A stretch of 64,000 nt of DNA, taken from positions 349,827-413,826 of the forward strand of contig NZ_JAAAPK010000002.1 in assembly GCF_009909105.1 (NCBI RefSeq), in the 5' to 3' direction. Of this stretch, positions 58,860 through 64,000 are shown in pieces. How positions within the stretch are numbered: the first letter of the stretch is position 1; each line of letters starts with the position of its first letter. The notes under the pieces were generated by a model, which was not told the origin of the DNA, did not search any database, and worked only from the letters and a program-made list of their open reading frames with translations. Origin of the DNA: Corallococcus exiguus. Its GTDB lineage: Bacteria; Myxococcota; Myxococcia; Myxococcales; Myxococcaceae. The translations under genes and the position numbers were made by a program.

Positions 58860-59177
58860 ATGCTCATGATGGTGATGACCCTGGCCGCGCTGTTGATGCA
58901 GATGACCGCCTCCGGTGGAGCCGGCTCGGAGGGCAAGCGTGCGGGCAACCATCACGACCCGGCTGGCGAAAGCCACCCGCGAGCGGTGAAGGAGGACATC
59001 TCCTCGCTCAAGGGGGAGATCACCAGCCTCAAGGAAGAGTTCCGGCTGGCGCGCGAGCGTCAGCGCCTGGCGGCCGAGGAGAAGCAGCGCCAGGAGGAGG
59101 CACGCTACGGTGTCACGCCGAAAGCCACTCCCGCCCCTGCCGCCGGAGGGTCCGGAGCCTCCGCCCACGCCAGATGA
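58860..59177 (+). CDS. Small hypothetical protein with N-terminal hydrophobic segment and coiled coil
   Basis: GC3-biased ORF. Overlaps the Smr ORF in another frame, so one of the two starts may be wrong. Confidence 0.3.
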   Translation: MLMMVMTLAALLMQMTASGGAGSEGKRAGNHHDPAGESHPRAVKEDISSLKGEITSLKEEFRLARERQRLAAEEKQRQEEARYGVTPKATPAPAAGGSGASAHAR

Positions 59178-59448
59178 GCTGGGAGCAGTAGAAATTCCGG
59201 TCGATGGAAACCTCGACCTGCATCTCTTCCAGCCTCGCGAGGTGAAGGAACTCGTCACCGAGTACCTCTGGGCATGCCGCCAGAAGGGCGTGCTCGACGT
59301 GCGCATCATCCACGGCAAGGGCACGGGCGCGCTGAGGCGCACCGTGCAGTCCCTGCTGCCCACGTTGCCGGAAGTGGAAGGCTTCCAGACAGCCTCCGAA
59401 GCGGACGGAGGCTGGGGCGCGACGTGGGTGCGGCTCAAGCCCCTGTGA
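59110..59448 (+). CDS. Smr-domain protein
   Basis: VDGNLDLHLFQPREV...IIHGKGTGALRRTV (Smr DLH/HGxG motifs). Confidence 0.6.
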   Translation: MSRRKPLPPLPPEGPEPPPTPDELGAVEIPVDGNLDLHLFQPREVKELVTEYLWACRQKGVLDVRIIHGKGTGALRRTVQSLLPTLPEVEGFQTASEADGGWGATWVRLKPL

Positions 59449-59454
59449 CGGGGC

Positions 59455-62283
59455 TCAGGACAGCCAGAAGTACGCGGAGGCGATGAGGGTGCGCTTCTCC
59501 GTCACGCGCGCCTTGTTGGCCAGCTCCGCCATCTGCCGGTCCTTGGAGGCGTAGCGCTTCTCCTCCTCGTTGCGCAGCGACGCCAGCTTGCGGCGGTAGT
59601 CGCGCTCCTGCCGGTCCGAGTGCGCCCGGGCCTTCGCGCGCTCCGCGACGTCCTCGATGCCGGAGACTTCCTTGCGCGCGTCGAACCACGCCTGACGGGC
59701 GGACTCCACCACCTCGCGGGACTCCATCAGGCAGTCCTCGACGTAGCGGTCCGCGCGCTCCTTGGCCTTGTCCAGCTCCAACGCGTTGCGCCGCTCCGCT
59801 GCCCGAATCAGCTCATCCTTGGCGGTCATGAGCGACTGCTCTTGCATGAGCTGGACCGACACCGGCGCGGGCTGCCGGCGCTTCTCTTCCTTGGCGTCGA
59901 GCTTCGTGAAGTGGACACCGTCCGTCAGCGGCAAGGCGCGGAAGCCGCCGTCCCGGTCCTTCACCAGCACCAGGTGGACCAGCTTCTCCTCCGGCTTGAG
60001 GCCCGTCGTCTCGAACTTGTAGACGAACCACCAGCCCTCTCCGCCGGCCAGCCGCGCCAGCCGTGAGGGGAGCCCCGCGGCGTCCAGCTGCAGGTAGCTG
60101 ACGGTGTCCTGGGTGCGGTCGCGCACCGCGTAGGCGGCCTTGGCCACCTGGAGCCGTCCGGAGGTGCGGCTGCCCAGCACGGAGCCGGTGAGTGCCTTCG
60201 CCTCCTGCTGGCGCTTGGCCACGACCTCCTTGGCCGCGTCTCCCGCCACGCGCAGCCGGCGGCGCACGTCGCCGTCGAAGCGCTCCAGCACCACCGAGCG
60301 CATCGACGTCATGCGCTGGTTGATGGTGCCCTCCAGCTCCTCGCGCAGCTTGTCGAAGGCGACGTTGATGTCCTTCGGGTCGCGGCAGGACTGGTAGATG
60401 TCCAGCACGCGGCGCTCGAAGTCGACGCCGCTCTCCAGTGCGCCCAGGATTTCGTCGGACGCGCCGAACACGCCGTCGAAGAGGTTGAGCTTCTTCTCCA
60501 GCAGCTCGAACAGGCGCGCGTCCGCCGCGTTCTGCCGGTTGAGGAAGTTCACCACCAGCACGTCGCGCTGCTGGCCGTAGCGGTGGCACCGGCCGATGCG
60601 CTGCTCCACGCGCTGCGGGTTCCACGGCAAATCGTAGTTCACCACCAGGTTGCAGAACTGGAGGTTGAGGCCTTCGGCACCGGCCTCCGTGCAGATGAGG
60701 ATCTGCGTCTTGTGGCGGAACTCCTCCACCAGCGCCCGGCGCTCCTCGGGCGTGCCGCCGGCGTCGCCGGACAGGAGCGAAATCTTGTCCTTGTAGCCGT
60801 GCTCCGACAGCAGCCTGAAGAGGTACTGCTGCGTGCGCTTGGACTCCGTGAAGATGAGCGCCTTCTCCGGCCAGGAGTGCGTGCGCATCACCGCGAAGGT
60901 GCGGTCCAGGGCGCGCTTGAGCGCCTCACCCTTGGCGTTGATGCGGATGGAGTCCGCGAGGTCCGCGTACTGACGCAGCTCCCAGACCTCCTGCTCCAGC
61001 GTGCGGACCTGGGGCGCCTTGGCGGGGTCGTCGGACCACTCCTCGCCTTCCTCCACGAACTGCTTGGCCTCTTCCGGCTCGAAGAGCGACAGGGCCTGCT
61101 GTCCCAGCCGCGCGGCCGACAGGCGCTTCTCCAGGTTCTCAGAAAGCCGCCGCAGCGTGGGCGCGATGGCGAACGTGGAGGAGGCCAGGAGCTTGCGGTA
61201 GCACAGCGTCAGGAGCGTCTTCTTGCCCGGCTCGATGGCCGCGGCCTCCGAGCGCTGCAGGTACTCACTGACCTTCTCGTAGAGGTCGTGCTCCTCGGGG
61301 GAGGGGAGGAAGTCCTCCACGATGCTGCGGCGGTTGGTGTAGCGCACGTACTCGCGCACCTGACGGCGCAGCGTGCGTTGCACCACCGGGGCCAGCCGCT
61401 CCTTGAGCTCGCACGCGGCGGCCTCCGTCATTCCGCCGCCCTCGTCGGCGCGGTAGCGGCTACGGAAGGCGTGCTCGGGGCCCAGGATCTGCTCGTCCAG
61501 GAGCGACATCAGGCCGAACAGCTCCATCAGGTCGTTCTGGAGCGGGGTGGCGGTGAGCAGCAGCTTGGGGCGGCCCGCGAGCGACGCGCGCAGCGCCTGG
61601 CCCGTCTTGTTGTTGGGACGGTGCGCGTTCCGGAGCCGGTGGGCCTCATCGATGATGATCAGGTCCCACGGAATCTCCGACACGAGCGCGGAGCGGTTCG
61701 CCGCGAACGGGTGCGAGCAGATGACGGGGAATGGCTGATCGAAGCAGTTGTTGTGCTTCTTCACGTCGCGGCCGTCGACGAGGACGCTGTCCAGGTCGAA
61801 CTTCTCGCGCAATTCAGCGTTCCACTGCGCGCGCAGCACGGCGGGGGCGAGGATGAGGATGCGGTTCTTTCCCTCCGCCATGAGCTGGGCGATGACGAGG
61901 CCCGCCTCGATGGTCTTCCCCAGGCCCACCTCGTCCGCGAGCATGCAGCCGCCGCGCGACAGCGCGTCCAGCGCGAACATCGCCGCTTCGACCTGATGCG
62001 GGTTGAGGTCCACCTTCGCTTCGGCCAGCGCGTTCGCCAGCCGCTGCTGCGTGTCACCGCTGCGCGCGAGCAACTCCTCGGCGAGGAGCCGCTCGTGGAA
62101 GGGCGTCAGCCCCGCCTCCACCAGCTCCTCCGCGGCGCGGGCCGCGATGGCCGCGGCGTCTGCTTCCACTTCCAGCTTCAAACCCCTCGCTACCTCCGCC
62201 AAGTCCCGCCTCCCGTCCGGTTTGGAGCGTGCGCGCGTGCGCGCGAACAGTTGAGGCGCGCCATTGTGGGCAGCGATCGCCAT
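59455..62283 (-). CDS. SNF2-family DEAD/H helicase-like ATPase with ~300-aa C-terminal extension
   Basis: Motif I LADEVGLGKT, motif II IIDEAHRLRN, helicase C (LICTEAGAEGLNLQ, QRIGRCHRYGQ). Start at MAIAAH (the ORF table starts at 62361). Confidence 0.8.
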   Translation of the reverse strand: MAIAAHNGAPQLFARTRARSKPDGRRDLAEVARGLKLEVEADAAAIAARAAEELVEAGLTPFHERLLAEELLARSGDTQQRLANALAEAKVDLNPHQVEAAMFALDALSRGGCMLADEVGLGKTIEAGLVIAQLMAEGKNRILILAPAVLRAQWNAELREKFDLDSVLVDGRDVKKHNNCFDQPFPVICSHPFAANRSALVSEIPWDLIIIDEAHRLRNAHRPNNKTGQALRASLAGRPKLLLTATPLQNDLMELFGLMSLLDEQILGPEHAFRSRYRADEGGGMTEAAACELKERLAPVVQRTLRRQVREYVRYTNRRSIVEDFLPSPEEHDLYEKVSEYLQRSEAAAIEPGKKTLLTLCYRKLLASSTFAIAPTLRRLSENLEKRLSAARLGQQALSLFEPEEAKQFVEEGEEWSDDPAKAPQVRTLEQEVWELRQYADLADSIRINAKGEALKRALDRTFAVMRTHSWPEKALIFTESKRTQQYLFRLLSEHGYKDKISLLSGDAGGTPEERRALVEEFRHKTQILICTEAGAEGLNLQFCNLVVNYDLPWNPQRVEQRIGRCHRYGQQRDVLVVNFLNRQNAADARLFELLEKKLNLFDGVFGASDEILGALESGVDFERRVLDIYQSCRDPKDINVAFDKLREELEGTINQRMTSMRSVVLERFDGDVRRRLRVAGDAAKEVVAKRQQEAKALTGSVLGSRTSGRLQVAKAAYAVRDRTQDTVSYLQLDAAGLPSRLARLAGGEGWWFVYKFETTGLKPEEKLVHLVLVKDRDGGFRALPLTDGVHFTKLDAKEEKRRQPAPVSVQLMQEQSLMTAKDELIRAAERRNALELDKAKERADRYVEDCLMESREVVESARQAWFDARKEVSGIEDVAERAKARAHSDRQERDYRRKLASLRNEEEKRYASKDRQMAELANKARVTEKRTLIASAYFWLS

Positions 62284-62417
62284 CTGTAAAGGGGGTCCTC
62301 CCCGAGGCCGAAAACTCGGCCTCCGCGCGATTGGCAAGCGTGCTGTTCGGCGGAACGACACATGCGCGCGCGCGCGTTGGAATGTCTCAAAGGGCTTGAC
62401 GAATGCGTCGTGAGCGC

Positions 62418-63743
62418 TCAGAGCCGCCCGCGCGCCTTCACGTCCAGGTACACGTTGAGTGCAGCGGCGCCGAATCCGCGTGCCGGTGCGCGCACCACCA
62501 GCGCTCCCGCGTCACGCAGCGTGGTGGCGGTGCGGCGGTACTCGGACTCCATGCGGGAGGCGGCCTGCCGCGCGTAGGCGGATGTCGCGTCGCCGGGCAC
62601 GTCGGTGGCGGCGGCCTCCAGGTCCTCGTCCAGCAGCGACGCGACGACGGGCAGGTGCCGGGGGCGCAGGGCCAGCGTGCGCGTGAGGAGCGCGGAGGAC
62701 GCGTCTGGATCCACCAGGTCGGTGAAGAGCACCACCAGCGCGCGGCGCGTCTGGCGGGCGAAGGCGAAGTCGAACGCGCGGCCGTAGTCGCTCTCCTCCA
62801 GGCCGGCCTCCGCGCGGTAGAGGGACTCGGTGATGAGGCGCAGGTGCTCCGCGCCCTTGCGCGGGGGCAGGAAGGTGCGCACGTCGCTGGCGAACGCGAG
62901 CACGCCCACGACGTCGCCCGCGTCCAGGCTCACGCGCGCCAGCCGCAGCGCCGCGTCCACCGCGTGATCCAACTTCCGGCGCCCCTGCACCCGGCCCGCC
63001 ATGTGACGGCCGCAGTCCAGCAGCAGCAGCACCGGCTGGTTGCGCTCCGGCTGCCACGTGCGCACCAGCGTGTGGCCGTGGCGCGCGGAGGACTTCCAGT
63101 CGATGTGCCGGTAGTCATCGCCGGGGCGGTACTCGCGCAGCGATTCGAACTCGCGGCCCTCCACGGACTTGCGAAGGAGCGTGCGCGCGGACACGGCCTC
63201 CGACGCGCGCGCCAGCGTCAGCGCCTCGCGAGAGAGGGCGCGCAGGTCCGGATACACCTTCACGTCCTGACCCGCGGGCAGCCGCACCTGCCGCGAGCAC
63301 AGACCCAGGGGCCCCATCAGGCGCAGGTTCACGTCGCCGAAGCGCGCATCGCCCCGGGAGGGAGGGTGCACGCGGTACGTCAGCCGCGTGGTGTCTCCCG
63401 GCTCCAGCGTGAAGGGCTGACGGTGGCCGTGGCTCTCCACGTCCAGGGGCGGCTCGTCGCGCAGCTCACCGCGCACGGGCCTGTCCGTTCGCGAATGCAG
63501 CTCCCAGCGCACGGTGTTGTCCACGCCGGAGGAGAGGATGGGCTCCACCTCGCGGCGTGCGTCGACGTCACGGGCATGCGGCGCGCGCAGGAAGTCCACC
63601 GCGCACAGGAGCAGGACGGCCACGTCCACCGCGAGCGCCAGCCATCCGAAGGCGGGGCTCGCCACCGCGAGCGCGGCGGGCACCAGCGCTCCGGCGAACA
63701 GCGCCACGGCGAGGCCGCTGGGGACGGGGCGCCCGAGGCTCAC
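62418..63743 (-). CDS. DUF58-family protein (MoxR-associated, vWA-like fold)
   Basis: N-terminal TM helices and the FESLREYRPGDDYRHIDWKSSAR DUF58 signature. Start overlaps the MoxR stop (ATGA). Confidence 0.75.
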   Translation of the reverse strand: MSLGRPVPSGLAVALFAGALVPAALAVASPAFGWLALAVDVAVLLLCAVDFLRAPHARDVDARREVEPILSSGVDNTVRWELHSRTDRPVRGELRDEPPLDVESHGHRQPFTLEPGDTTRLTYRVHPPSRGDARFGDVNLRLMGPLGLCSRQVRLPAGQDVKVYPDLRALSREALTLARASEAVSARTLLRKSVEGREFESLREYRPGDDYRHIDWKSSARHGHTLVRTWQPERNQPVLLLLDCGRHMAGRVQGRRKLDHAVDAALRLARVSLDAGDVVGVLAFASDVRTFLPPRKGAEHLRLITESLYRAEAGLEESDYGRAFDFAFARQTRRALVVLFTDLVDPDASSALLTRTLALRPRHLPVVASLLDEDLEAAATDVPGDATSAYARQAASRMESEYRRTATTLRDAGALVVRAPARGFGAAALNVYLDVKARGRL

Positions 63744-64000
63744 CGGGGCACTCGCACCCGTTCGAGCATCTGCCTCAGCACGTCATCAGGGGTGACGCCC
63801 TCCACCTCCGCCTCGGCCTTGAGCAGGAGGCGGTGGTTGAGGACGCTGGGCGTGACGTCCTTCACGTCGTCCGGGGTGACGAAGTCGGTGCCCCGGAGCG
63901 CCGCGTGCGCCTTGGACGCCGCGAGCAGGGCCTGCGCGGCACGGGGGCTCGCGCCCAGCCGCACGCGGGGATGTGCACGGGTGTCGCGCACGAGCTGCAC
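63740..64000 (-). CDS. MoxR-family AAA+ ATPase, C-terminal end only (gene continues past window edge)
   Basis: VTPDDVKDV...VLNHRLLLKAEAEVEGVTPDDVL is the MoxR C-terminal lid region. Confidence 0.55.
   Translation of the reverse strand: MQLVRDTRAHPRVRLGASPRAAQALLAASKAHAALRGTDFVTPDDVKDVTPSVLNHRLLLKAEAEVEGVTPDDVLRQMLERVRVPR

Overview
This is a high-GC (~68-70%) myxobacterial chromosome segment. From memory, the gene order romR, encC-like encapsulin cargo, solitary groEL2 matches the Myxococcus xanthus MXAN_4461-4467 neighbourhood in inverted orientation, so a Myxococcus or Corallococcus relative is likely. The core content is housekeeping and signalling. It includes valS, nadC, proC, groEL2 with a CIRCE operator, a RomR-like polarity regulator, a hybrid histidine kinase, a REC-GGDEF protein, a CheW-like protein, a LysR and an ArsR regulator, and a P450 with an ABM monooxygenase. 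It also holds an M1 aminopeptidase, an SNF2 helicase next to MoxR/DUF58, and many secreted or lipoprotein genes. Six things stand out. (1) A ~5 kb low-GC genomic island sits in tRNA-Sec (selC, anticodon UCA), bounded by a 57-nt perfect direct repeat of the tRNA 3' half. It carries a SitA-like lipoprotein polymorphic toxin with a C-terminal WHH/HNH nuclease and two immunity-like genes, an IS66 transposase remnant, and a markedly AT-richer DUF262 (ParB-like nuclease domain) candidate anti-phage gene. (2) A clear bacterial homologue of the eukaryotic Major Vault Protein (758 aa) lies divergent to a Cys-rich lipoprotein and a small secreted Cys-rich peptide. (3) ValRS carries an ~280-aa C-terminal extension that ends in histone H1-like AKKA repeats. 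(4) A Fic (HPFxDGNAR) gene heads a translationally coupled operon with two tandem paralogous unknown proteins. (5) An orphan ferritin-like encapsulin cargo has a C-terminal LTVGSLRK targeting peptide and no shell gene nearby. (6) A LysM, lysozyme-like, cysteine-peptidase cell-wall lytic enzyme has no signal peptide. Coordinates come from the supplied ORF table plus in-frame start re-selection and may be off by a few nucleotides at starts. Many long ORFs antisense to real genes are high-GC artefacts and are listed under rejected.
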